From positions 1 through 64,000 of IMG/VR virus record IMGVR_UViG_3300033273_000658: a stretch of DNA of 64,000 bases; one strand, written 5' to 3'. Under the pieces are notes generated by a model. That model ran no database searches and was not told the origin of the DNA. It was given only the letters and a program-made list of their open reading frames with translations. The DNA is from a virus. Position numbers and translations under genes: made by a program. Positions 1 to 8,873 of this stretch are shown here, in pieces; position 1 is the stretch's first letter; every line of letters starts with the position of its first letter.

Positions 1-525
1 ATGTGGAAAATAGGCTATTGTACCGAAGGCAGATACGGTGGCCGGATTATTGTTCCATCATTCAATAATGCTGGTAATCTTAATTACTTCATCGCTCGTT
101 CATACGTTGGACATAGAATGAAGTATCTCAACCCACCTATCAGTAAAAACGTTGTATTTAACGAACTGTTTGTCGATTGGGATGAGCCTGTTATTCTTGT
201 CGAAGGTTTATTTGATGCAATCGTTGGAGGGCAAAATGCAATACCTATTCTCGGCTCAACATTACGAGAAGAAAGCAAGTTATTCCAAGCAATTGTTCTC
301 AACGACACGCCGGTATACCTTGCACTTGACGAAGACGCTCAAAAGAAACAAGAATACATGATTCGTACAATGCACAAGTATGACATTGACATGAGAGTTA
401 TTGATACCACCAATGTTGATGACGTAGGTTCAATGAGCAAAGAGCAATTCCAAAAGAGATACTCAAACGCTTATGAGCCTGATATTGATGAGATTAACTT
501 CTTTAATCAATTAGCTAAAATATGA
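1..525 (+). CDS. DNA primase, C-terminal part (Toprim domain); 5'-truncated by window edge
   Basis: RIIVP, YFIARS, KYLNP, ILVEGLFDA and LALDEDA (Toprim E and DxD), DVG motif. Confidence 0.85.
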   Translation: MWKIGYCTEGRYGGRIIVPSFNNAGNLNYFIARSYVGHRMKYLNPPISKNVVFNELFVDWDEPVILVEGLFDAIVGGQNAIPILGSTLREESKLFQAIVLNDTPVYLALDEDAQKKQEYMIRTMHKYDIDMRVIDTTNVDDVGSMSKEQFQKRYSNAYEPDIDEINFFNQLAKI

Positions 526-681
526 TAGACCGGCTATAAACATTAATAAAGAAAAAATAGCCATTGGAGAGAAGATCTCTTCATCGTCTCCATCAAAAGC
601 ACCACTAGCAAAAATGCCTTCAAATAATTCATAACCGGCCAGAGCTACGATAATTCCAGCCGCAATAATAATAAGTTCCAC
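511..681 (-). CDS. Small two-TM membrane protein; the only credible minus-strand gene
   Basis: GTG at 681 with GGGAGG just upstream on the minus strand; two hydrophobic segments around acidic DGDDEE; minus-strand CTATTTA at 710-716. Confidence 0.55.
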   Translation of the reverse strand: MELIIIAAGIIVALAGYELFEGIFASGAFDGDDEEIFSPMAIFSLLMFIAGLSYFS

Positions 682-726
682 ATTAAACCCTCCCAAGTCT
701 TGTATGAAATAAATAGAACAAAATAC

Positions 727-754
727 TTGACATGTCGGGAGAATATGTTATAAT
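727..754 (+). promoter_or_regulatory. sigma70-type early promoter
   Basis: TTGACA(727-732)-16 nt-TATAAT(749-754) with extended TG; GAGGAGG RBS before ATG 783. Confidence 0.8.
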
Positions 755-782
755 AAGTAAATGCTAATCATGAGGAGGAAAT

Positions 783-3700
783 ATGAAAATAGCACACATA
801 TCTGATACCCACATCAGGAATCTTAAGTATCACTACGAGTACAAGTTGGCTTTTGCTGATATGTACAAAAAACTTAAGCAAATGTCACCAGACATTATTG
901 TTCACACAGGAGACATTGCACACACTAAAACTCAACTATCACCAGAGTTTTTCCAGATGTGCACGTCTTTCTTGTATAATCTCGCAGAGATCGCACCTAC
1001 TTATATTATATTAGGTAATCACGATGGCAATCTCAAGAATGATAATCGCCAAGACGCTATCACTCCAATTGTTGAAGCTTTGGAGCATAGCAACATTCAT
1101 TTACTTAAAAACTCCGGAGAGACAAAGGTAAATGATAAGATCACTCTCAATGTTCTATCAGTATTTGATAGAGAAAACTGGATTAAACCGACTGATAGAG
1201 ACGCTATTAATATCGCTCTTTATCATGGCTCTATTCATGGATGTCAAACTTCCCAAGGTTTCACGATTGAAGAAGGTGAAGACTCTATTGACATATTCAA
1301 TGATTTTGACTTTGCTCTTCTTGGTGACATTCATAAGCAGCAGAAAATGGACCTCAAGGGACGAATCCGTTATGCCGGATCTACAATCCAACAAAACTTT
1401 GGAGAATCAATTAACAAAGGTTTTTTGATGTGGAACATCCGAGACAGATATGATTGGTATTGTCAATCTGTCTCTATTCATAATCCACGACCGTTTATCA
1501 CAATTGATCTAACACCCGAAGGTAAACTTCCAGCAACTATAGTGCCAAAAGGATGTCGCCTACGAATTCGCTCATCTGCTAATGTATCTCCAATGATGCT
1601 AAAGGCAGCATGCGACTATGCTCAATCCAAGTGGCAACCATACTCTGTTTCTTTTGTCAATAACGGAACGATGCAGTCATCATCTACATCTTTGATTGGT
1701 AAAGCTGTTCAGAATGAGAACCTCCGAGACCTCACAGTGCAGGAGAAGTACATCCGAGCATACTGTAAAGACCTCAATCTCAAACCAGAGGTTATGGATA
1801 AAATTCTTGAACTTAACAAAAAATACAATCAAATCGTTGAAGAATCAGAGGAGGTATCACGTAATGTTGTTTGGAAAATTAAAGAACTCCAGTGGGATAA
1901 CTTGTTTAACTACGGTGAGAAAAATAAGATTAATTTCGAAAAACTATCCGGACTTGTCGGAATCTTTGGTAAAAACTATTCAGGAAAGTCCTCTATTATC
2001 GACAGCGTGTTATATAATATTTTTAACACGACTTCTAAAGGGGAAAGAAAGAATGTCCACATTGTAAATCAAAATAAAGATTTTGCTAAATGTAAGATTA
2101 AGATTGAGGCTGGTAATGACTCTTATCAGATTACCCGAAATCTTAACAAATACACGAAGAAATCCAAGGGTCAAGAGACTTTCGAAGCGAAGGTGGACCT
2201 TGACTTCACTAAAACAACAGGCGGCGTTTTTGAGTCTAAAAACGGCACAACTCGCAATGAAACTGATGCGAACATTCGTAAGCACTTCGGAACCATTGAT
2301 GACTTCTTTTTGACCTCTATGGCTTCTCAACTTGACTCTATGTCGTTCCTCAAAGAAGGTTCTACCAAGAGAAAAGAGATTATAGCGAAATTTTTGGACT
2401 TGCAAATCTTCGACCAGAAGTATAAGTTAGCCAGAAAGGATGCTGCTGACCTACGTGGTGTTATCAAGCGAATGGAAAGCAAAAAGTTCGAAGAACAACT
2501 CATGAAGAAGAACGATCTTCTCCAAGATATTCAAAAAGACATCGATGAGCAAGTAGATAAGTGCAAGATTTATAATTGCTCAATTGAGCGACTTGAATCT
2601 GAACTTGCAGAGATTAACGATACAATCAATGCAATTCCTGCGGAGATTATTGACATTCTCACTGTTCAACAAGAGATTGCTTTCAAAAGAGTTAAAAAAA
2701 CCAAACTTCTTTCTCGCATTCTTGCTGATCAAGAGAACATCCAAAAGCTTGAAAAATACATGGCTCTTGCTTATGATGAACTTGATCATGATAACTACGG
2801 CCGCTTAAAGCAATTGTTGAAAGAAGCAAAGGATCAAAAAGAACTTGTAAAAGGCTTTGAACAACAAATTCGTCATCAAAAGACTATTGTTAAAAACCTC
2901 AGTAAGACAGCAGCAATGCTTCACACTCATGAATATGATCCTGATTGTGAATTCTGTTGCGACAATGAGTTTGTAAAGAATGCAGAGAAAGCAAAAGCAG
3001 AACTGCCTTACAATCAGAATCTTTTGAACGATCTTGGTGATTCATTAGCACTGGCTATTCAAAAGTATGAAGACTATGGCGTTGAAACTATAGAAAGAAA
3101 TATTGAAAAGTTCAAAGAGTTAAGTGAAGACTATGATTCTGCTTCTAGAAATTCTGAACGTGCAAGAATGTCTATCAAGACAAACGAAGCGACCGTTGCT
3201 CTATTAACAAACGAGATTGAAGTGCTTGAAGCGAAAGCAAAAGAGTACGAAGACAATCGTGAAGCAATCGAAAATAAAGAACAGCTTTATGGAGAACGCT
3301 CTGCGGTTGAGAAGAAAATCAAAGAAAACAAAGCGTTGCTTAAAAAATGCGATGCCCTTACACAAGAGTATCTTATCGAAGAAGCAACAACAAAAGAAAT
3401 GATTCGCGCTATTCATGCTGAGAGAAACGAATACACTGATGTTATGAACGAGTATCGTGCTTATGACATCTACATGACCTGTATGCATGCTAACGGCATC
3501 TCATACGAAATCATTCAGCAGAAGTTGCCGATCATCAATCAAGAGATCTCCAAGGTTCTTGCAAACATTGTTGACTTTGAAGTATTCTTTGAGAATCACT
3601 CTAATAAACTTGAGCTTTCTATCAAGCATCCCAACTATGCGGCTCGTCCGTTGTCTATGGGATCAGGAGCAGAAAAAACGATTGCTTCAATGGCTATTCG

Positions 3701-3932
3701 TCTTGCGATGATTGCGATAACCAATCTTCCAAAGTCCGAACTGTTTATCCTTGACGAACCGGCAACGGCGCTAGATCAAGAGCACATGGAAGGCTTTACA
3801 AGGCTTCTTCAAATGATCAAGAATCAATTTAAGACTGTCTTAATTGTCTCCCATCTTGACCATCTAAAAGATGTGGTTGACATGACGATAGACATTGATA
3901 AAATTGATGGTTATGCCAAAGTAAACATTTAG
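783..3932 (+). CDS. Fused Mre11/SbcD nuclease - Rad50/SbcC ATPase (T4 gp47-gp46-like)
   Basis: Metallophosphoesterase motifs DTH, GD, GNHD, GDIH, YAGS; Walker A GKNYSGKS; coiled coil with CEFC zinc hook; GSGAE signature; Walker B FILDEP; VSH. Confidence 0.92.
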   Translation: MKIAHISDTHIRNLKYHYEYKLAFADMYKKLKQMSPDIIVHTGDIAHTKTQLSPEFFQMCTSFLYNLAEIAPTYIILGNHDGNLKNDNRQDAITPIVEALEHSNIHLLKNSGETKVNDKITLNVLSVFDRENWIKPTDRDAINIALYHGSIHGCQTSQGFTIEEGEDSIDIFNDFDFALLGDIHKQQKMDLKGRIRYAGSTIQQNFGESINKGFLMWNIRDRYDWYCQSVSIHNPRPFITIDLTPEGKLPATIVPKGCRLRIRSSANVSPMMLKAACDYAQSKWQPYSVSFVNNGTMQSSSTSLIGKAVQNENLRDLTVQEKYIRAYCKDLNLKPEVMDKILELNKKYNQIVEESEEVSRNVVWKIKELQWDNLFNYGEKNKINFEKLSGLVGIFGKNYSGKSSIIDSVLYNIFNTTSKGERKNVHIVNQNKDFAKCKIKIEAGNDSYQITRNLNKYTKKSKGQETFEAKVDLDFTKTTGGVFESKNGTTRNETDANIRKHFGTIDDFFLTSMASQLDSMSFLKEGSTKRKEIIAKFLDLQIFDQKYKLARKDAADLRGVIKRMESKKFEEQLMKKNDLLQDIQKDIDEQVDKCKIYNCSIERLESELAEINDTINAIPAEIIDILTVQQEIAFKRVKKTKLLSRILADQENIQKLEKYMALAYDELDHDNYGRLKQLLKEAKDQKELVKGFEQQIRHQKTIVKNLSKTAAMLHTHEYDPDCEFCCDNEFVKNAEKAKAELPYNQNLLNDLGDSLALAIQKYEDYGVETIERNIEKFKELSEDYDSASRNSERARMSIKTNEATVALLTNEIEVLEAKAKEYEDNREAIENKEQLYGERSAVEKKIKENKALLKKCDALTQEYLIEEATTKEMIRAIHAERNEYTDVMNEYRAYDIYMTCMHANGISYEIIQQKLPIINQEISKVLANIVDFEVFFENHSNKLELSIKHPNYAARPLSMGSGAEKTIASMAIRLAMIAITNLPKSELFILDEPATALDQEHMEGFTRLLQMIKNQFKTVLIVSHLDHLKDVVDMTIDIDKIDGYAKVNI

Positions 3933-3940
3933 CCAATAAC

Positions 3941-3976
3941 ATCCTATTTAGTGTAAAAGCTAAATAGGATTTTTTT
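3941..3976 (+). terminator. Hairpin/terminator containing a late-type promoter motif and the downstream RBS
   Basis: 11-bp perfect stem ATCCTATTTAG/CTAAATAGGAT followed by a T-run. Confidence 0.7.
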
Positions 3977-3979
3977 ATT

Positions 3980-6022
3980 ATGAAAATTAAAATTAAGAAA
4001 AACAGCAAAGTATTGAAAGAAAGATACGACCAAAGTCCAACTTCTATTAAGCCACTAGAAGAATTGTTTAACGATTTGGGGCTTATGAAAGATGGAATAA
4101 GACAGTTGGAATCAATTTTTCAAAAAGATTTGTTGTTTTATGACTTAGAAACGACTGGTTTAAAGAGATCTCAAACTGAAGGTGGTGCAATTTCTGACAT
4201 GATCCATCAAATAGCAATTCTAAAATATTCTCCCAATGGAGACCCTAATAGCATAAACCCAGAAAATCCAGATGATTATTACGTTGCAAAGGCAGAAATT
4301 ACCAAAGAATACAGTGACCGGTCAAGCAACCTCAAAAAAGATAGAGCAAAAATTTTGAACCAGACAAGTCAAGGCTCATATGCAGATTATAAAAGCATGA
4401 TAGGAGAAGACCTGTCATTTAATAAAAACCCACGGGAGTTTGAAGAAAATTATCAAGCAACAGAAAAAGAAAAACAAGAGCAAAAAAATGACATGAAAGA
4501 AACACTAGGGTTATTTTTTCATGTTTTATTAAATCATCCAGTGAAAAGTCAAGCTGAAAAAACAATCTATCAACAACCTAAATTTCGTAACTTATTTAAT
4601 AAAGCACTAGAATATGCTAGCACTATTAATCTACAAGAAGAAGTGGGAAAAATACTTTTAAATAAAAATCCAAATAGACAACAATTAATTTATCTTTATG
4701 ACAATGTACTCAGTGAAGATAGTGTAGAGGGTGGGATTACTACATGGCTGAAGAGTAAGGGTTTATCTAAATTAGCCGATAAAGTAGATCAAATTATTAG
4801 AGTTACAAACATTACTATAGAAGAAAATAGAGTATTTACAAACTATGGTGATTTTCCTTTAAAAAAATACCAAAATGAAAGCTTTAAAGGTCCAATTTCC
4901 GAAAAAAAAGCATTAGAGGGCATGATGGACTTTATTGATAACCAAGGAAATAAAAACCACACAGATGATGAAATAAGAGGCGATTACATTCTAGTGGGAC
5001 AAAACATCATTTCTTTTGATAATCCTTTCGTTATAGCCAGGTGTAAATTTCATGGAATCACAAATACGAAAAATTTTAGGAATTCACATGTATACGACAC
5101 CAGATTTTTATTTCAAGCAATGATAAAATATTTCAGAACATTTGCATATTTTTATGGTCTAGCTGGAGTAGCCCATTTACGCCAAGCCAAGCTAGAGTCT
5201 TATATGCAAAATGAAGAAGATCCAAAAAAGATAAATGCCTATAAAAAGGCAATAATCGATTTTGAGAAAATAAAATCTTTTAAAGATCCAAAGCTTAGAA
5301 AAGTGGGTAAGGAAGTAAGAGAAATTCTGAAAAAACTTGCAAAAGGCGGAAAAGCGAAAGGCAAACTAGAGACATTGATGAAAGCTTTTATACCAAATGC
5401 TCCGAAACAAACACACACAGCTGATGATGATTGTGAAAAACTAGCAACTGTTATGATACCAGCAATAGAAAAGTTTTATGAAATTTATCAAGCTACATTG
5501 CCCTTTGTTATAGAAATGGACAGAGAAAATGTTGTGGCAATTCATAGAATTGTCAAAGACAGTCCTATTGATCCAAAAACAAAAACAAAAAAGAAAACAA
5601 TACCAAGTGAGATCGATAAGGATAAGGCAGCAATTGGGTTTGAAAAATTTAAAGGAGCAGGAGACATTGCAGATAAAGTAGCATCTAAATTTGCGGAAGA
5701 TTTATCATTTGAATTTTTAGATAATGAAGGAAAACCTTCAAAAGAATTAGCAAAACAAATTATTAAAATTTATTTGCAAAAAAGAGAAGGGCTTCAAGGC
5801 TCAATGAAAGACTCAGAAAAGCTTGAAATTTTTAACAATTATGAAAACTTTACAGAAGATGATACTATAGAATGGTTCACTAAACATCAAGATAATTTAT
5901 CGATAATATACGCACCAGTATCGAAAATTAAAAAAATGACAAAGCTGGAAGAGAACACAAAAACACTAAAAATTAAAATTTTAAAGGAGAACAGAAATGG
6001 AAAACGAACACACTCACGATGA
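3980..6022 (+). CDS. DEDDh (DnaQ-like) 3'-5' exonuclease with large insertions
   Basis: ExoI FYDLETTG, ExoII VGQNIISFD, YDT, ExoIII HTADDD. Confidence 0.75.
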   Translation: MKIKIKKNSKVLKERYDQSPTSIKPLEELFNDLGLMKDGIRQLESIFQKDLLFYDLETTGLKRSQTEGGAISDMIHQIAILKYSPNGDPNSINPENPDDYYVAKAEITKEYSDRSSNLKKDRAKILNQTSQGSYADYKSMIGEDLSFNKNPREFEENYQATEKEKQEQKNDMKETLGLFFHVLLNHPVKSQAEKTIYQQPKFRNLFNKALEYASTINLQEEVGKILLNKNPNRQQLIYLYDNVLSEDSVEGGITTWLKSKGLSKLADKVDQIIRVTNITIEENRVFTNYGDFPLKKYQNESFKGPISEKKALEGMMDFIDNQGNKNHTDDEIRGDYILVGQNIISFDNPFVIARCKFHGITNTKNFRNSHVYDTRFLFQAMIKYFRTFAYFYGLAGVAHLRQAKLESYMQNEEDPKKINAYKKAIIDFEKIKSFKDPKLRKVGKEVREILKKLAKGGKAKGKLETLMKAFIPNAPKQTHTADDDCEKLATVMIPAIEKFYEIYQATLPFVIEMDRENVVAIHRIVKDSPIDPKTKTKKKTIPSEIDKDKAAIGFEKFKGAGDIADKVASKFAEDLSFEFLDNEGKPSKELAKQIIKIYLQKREGLQGSMKDSEKLEIFNNYENFTEDDTIEWFTKHQDNLSIIYAPVSKIKKMTKLEENTKTLKIKILKENRNGKRTHSR

Positions 6023-6257
6023 AAATTGTGCCCACCTTGACGAACATGATTGCGATCAAGAATGCTCTCACGTCAAAGGAGGAATACTAGACTCAGTTTT
6101 AGGTAAGGCTGTATCACGTAAGCTTCTTGTGTTTATGTGCGCAACAGGACTTCTTATCTGGTCGAATCTAGACCCAGAAACTTGGGCTATGATTGCAACA
6201 ATGTACATTGGCGGACAATCAGTTATTGATGTTGCTAAAGTTTGGAAGGGAATGTAA
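5997..6257 (+). CDS. Putative holin-like membrane protein with His/Cys-rich N-terminus
   Basis: SRKLLVF followed by two short TM segments and YIGGQSVID; AAGGAG RBS. Confidence 0.5.
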   Translation: MENEHTHDENCAHLDEHDCDQECSHVKGGILDSVLGKAVSRKLLVFMCATGLLIWSNLDPETWAMIATMYIGGQSVIDVAKVWKGM

Positions 6258-6580
6258 TGTTTAGCAAAGTTAAAGACTTTGTTGTTAAATATTGGCAGTG
6301 GATCGTGATGATTATCACGGCCATTGCTTTTTATCTCCTTGGTCGCTCCAAGGATGCAAAACAACAACAAGTAAAATTTTACGAAAAATGGAAAGATTTA
6401 GAGGAAGAACAGCGCGAAGAGATGGTAGAGGACTTAGAAGACCTTGCCGATCAAACACACGCCTCCTTGGTCCAAAACGTTCTAGATTATGAAGAAAAAA
6501 AAGCAAAGATTTTAGAGGAAGCAAAAGAAGTTGACACCGAAGATTTTTTGCTATCAAAAGGTATTGAGAGGGAAGAATGA
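6257..6580 (+). CDS. N-terminally anchored coiled-coil protein (i-spanin/Rz-like candidate)
   Basis: TAATG overlap with previous gene; TM WQWIVMIITAIAFYLLG then charged helical region. Confidence 0.45.
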   Translation: MFSKVKDFVVKYWQWIVMIITAIAFYLLGRSKDAKQQQVKFYEKWKDLEEEQREEMVEDLEDLADQTHASLVQNVLDYEEKKAKILEEAKEVDTEDFLLSKGIEREE

Positions 6581-6969
6581 TATTTCTCATCTCTCTTCTT
6601 TTTGCAGAAGAGCCAAAGTATAAGGATTTAAAACAAGGCGAGATTGTTCCATGGGATGGTCGTTTGTTAAATGAACCGGCTATGAGAATTCTTGTTGAAG
6701 ATTCTGTTATCAAAGATTTAAACTGTGAAGCCAAGACAGCATACGAGTTGAACAAGTTAAGAATCGAAGAGAAGTATAGATACGATGTCCTTAAAGTAAA
6801 AACAGATGCGGAGATCAACAAACTTAACGAACTAATTAAATTACAAGACGAACATATTAAAGAATTGAGACCACAAAACAACATTTGGCCTGTTATTGGT
6901 GGATTTATAGCCGGAGCAGGAATTTCAATTGGTATTATGTACGCAGTTAAACCCGGAATTACACAGTGA
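6577..6969 (+). CDS. Exported coiled-coil protein with C-terminal TM (spanin-like candidate)
   Basis: Short signal MIFLISLLFA, helical core, C-terminal IWPVIGGFIAGAGISIGIMYAV. Confidence 0.45.
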   Translation: MIFLISLLFAEEPKYKDLKQGEIVPWDGRLLNEPAMRILVEDSVIKDLNCEAKTAYELNKLRIEEKYRYDVLKVKTDAEINKLNELIKLQDEHIKELRPQNNIWPVIGGFIAGAGISIGIMYAVKPGITQ

Positions 6970-7358
6970 AAAGTAAAGACCCAAATTATGCCGTAAAGGT
7001 TGAGAAAGCCATAACAGAAAAGTATGGCGAAGAAACAGTCCAACATCCGAAGAAAGGATGGAACGACGAGAAAGAGAAAGAGTATCTCAACGACCTCAAA
7101 GGATTCTACAAGTACGAAGAGTCTGGATTGAATGAAGAACAAGAAATAAACGGAGTTTTTATACCAAACAAACTAATTACGAAGAATTCTAAACGTTCTT
7201 GTCCTGTTTGTAATGTTTATTCATTTAAATCAAACGATGATGTATACATGTCAAAATTTGATTGCTGTGAAAAGTGTTATATTCAATTTATAGAAGGACG
7301 TGAAGAGCGTTGGAAAACAGGATGGAGACCAAATGAAACTAACAACACAAAGACTTAA
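6966..7358 (+). CDS. Hypothetical protein with C-terminal Zn-finger-like motif
   Basis: CPVC...CCEKC; translationally coupled. Confidence 0.6.
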   Translation: MKSKDPNYAVKVEKAITEKYGEETVQHPKKGWNDEKEKEYLNDLKGFYKYEESGLNEEQEINGVFIPNKLITKNSKRSCPVCNVYSFKSNDDVYMSKFDCCEKCYIQFIEGREERWKTGWRPNETNNTKT

Positions 7359-7665
7359 GAAACTTATTCGTGAAGAACTAGAAAAAATGAATGAAGGCGT
7401 TGATGATCTTATTCCCGAATTAGAAGAAATAAAATCCTATGCCATAGACGAGTTGCTCATGGATGTTGGCACAATACAATATGCAGAGATTTTACCTTTA
7501 CTCTCCAATCCTGAAGAGGACACAGAGGCTGATTTGTATGTAAAGTACATGGATGATGGCACATATACGTGTCAATATTATGACTACATGGGAGGAAAGA
7601 AAACTGCTTGCCCAACAAAAGATGATGTAAAGACATGGCTAGCTAGCCATAAAAAAGAGGATTAA
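7333..7665 (+). CDS. Leader-motif protein (putative internal head protein)
   Basis: GGAG then ATG 7333; MKLTTQRLKKLIREELEKMNE. Confidence 0.7.
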   Translation: MKLTTQRLKKLIREELEKMNEGVDDLIPELEEIKSYAIDELLMDVGTIQYAEILPLLSNPEEDTEADLYVKYMDDGTYTCQYYDYMGGKKTACPTKDDVKTWLASHKKED

Positions 7666-7668
7666 ATT

Positions 7669-8232
7669 ATGGCTGAATCAACAACATTAGAAATTATACA
7701 AGGACTATCACAAGCGGCAGCAAATGCTTACGATGGCGTTCATGACGAGAGATTTTCTCTTGACGGACAAGTTCGTAAGGTAGGTCTTAAGAGAGAAGAA
7801 GGGTGTCCTATTATGGATAAGAGAGTAAACGATGGATTTTCTGTTAAGTTTTACGGAAATAAAATCTGTATCAATTATCAATCGGACATTCAACTTCGTG
7901 ACATCCATGGATCAAAAGATTTTGAAGGCGACATCGTTCGTCAAATTGAAGAAGTGAAAAAATTTCTTCAAAAAGAATACAAAGCGATTACCGGTAAATC
8001 TGTCACGCTTACAGCAGACGGAGAACCAAAGGTTATTGCACAATCAACCTCTCGTGTTCGTTCATTTGTACAAGCTTATCAACATTATAAAATCAGTGGT
8101 GTGAAAGAAGAACCTATTCTTGATCCTGCTGTTGAGAACAGTCGTTCAATAACACGAAAGTTTTTGGAGCAAGTAAAAGCTGCGAAACGACCAACTAACG
8201 AATTCATTAAGAAAGGAGACAATGAAAAATGA
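7669..8232 (+). CDS. Hypothetical protein
   Basis: GAGG RBS, 187-aa ORF in an operon-like run. Confidence 0.7.
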   Translation: MAESTTLEIIQGLSQAAANAYDGVHDERFSLDGQVRKVGLKREEGCPIMDKRVNDGFSVKFYGNKICINYQSDIQLRDIHGSKDFEGDIVRQIEEVKKFLQKEYKAITGKSVTLTADGEPKVIAQSTSRVRSFVQAYQHYKISGVKEEPILDPAVENSRSITRKFLEQVKAAKRPTNEFIKKGDNEK

Positions 8233-8864
8233 AATTAACAACAGCAAACTTAAGACAACTGATTAAAGAAGAGCTTGAAGCAGTAATCGCCGAGGCTAAT
8301 TCCGCTGACATCGATATAAGCCGACAAAATTTATTAGATAGAAAACTCGCAGGAGAATTTGACTACCTTGGAGGAGAAGCAGATTTTATGAATCGGTACA
8401 ACAAACTAGCCCCCAAAGGAAGAACAGGAGAGCCTGGTGTTGATGGGCATGAAGTAATGAATAATAAAGCAAAAGCCAAACGAGCAGCGCAGGCCCAAGC
8501 TGCACAGGATGCACAAGATTACAAAGATGCCAAAGGAAGATACGAAAAATCGGTTGCTGATTATATAAAGAGAGGAGATAAGCTCTCAAATGACATAAAA
8601 GGTGCTTCCAGCGAACAGAAAACAAAACTTGCACAAGTTTATAATGAAATGTTCCCAGGAGCAGGCAAGGCTATAGGGTCGCCAAAAGCAGACCCAGCTA
8701 GGATTGCTCAACAGATGGCTGATACATTTAGTGATCCGAGTTTTTTTAGAGATAATGAAAACTTAAACATGTTTGTAGATTTTGAGATAGCAGCTAAAAA
8801 GGTCCTTAATCCCACAGCAAAAAAGAAGCCTGGATTTTTTAGTCGCTTTTTCAAAGAAGAATAA
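8229..8864 (+). CDS. Leader-motif protein (putative internal head protein)
   Basis: MKLTTANLRQLIKEELEAVIAE. Confidence 0.7.
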   Translation: MKLTTANLRQLIKEELEAVIAEANSADIDISRQNLLDRKLAGEFDYLGGEADFMNRYNKLAPKGRTGEPGVDGHEVMNNKAKAKRAAQAQAAQDAQDYKDAKGRYEKSVADYIKRGDKLSNDIKGASSEQKTKLAQVYNEMFPGAGKAIGSPKADPARIAQQMADTFSDPSFFRDNENLNMFVDFEIAAKKVLNPTAKKKPGFFSRFFKEE

Positions 8865-8873
8865 AGGTAATAA

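Noticed and set aside
6315-7142. 275-aa minus-strand ORF, and similar antisense ORFs such as 29794-30483 and 57477-57953
   Set aside because: They are shadows of well-supported plus-strand genes, with no RBS or recognisable motifs.
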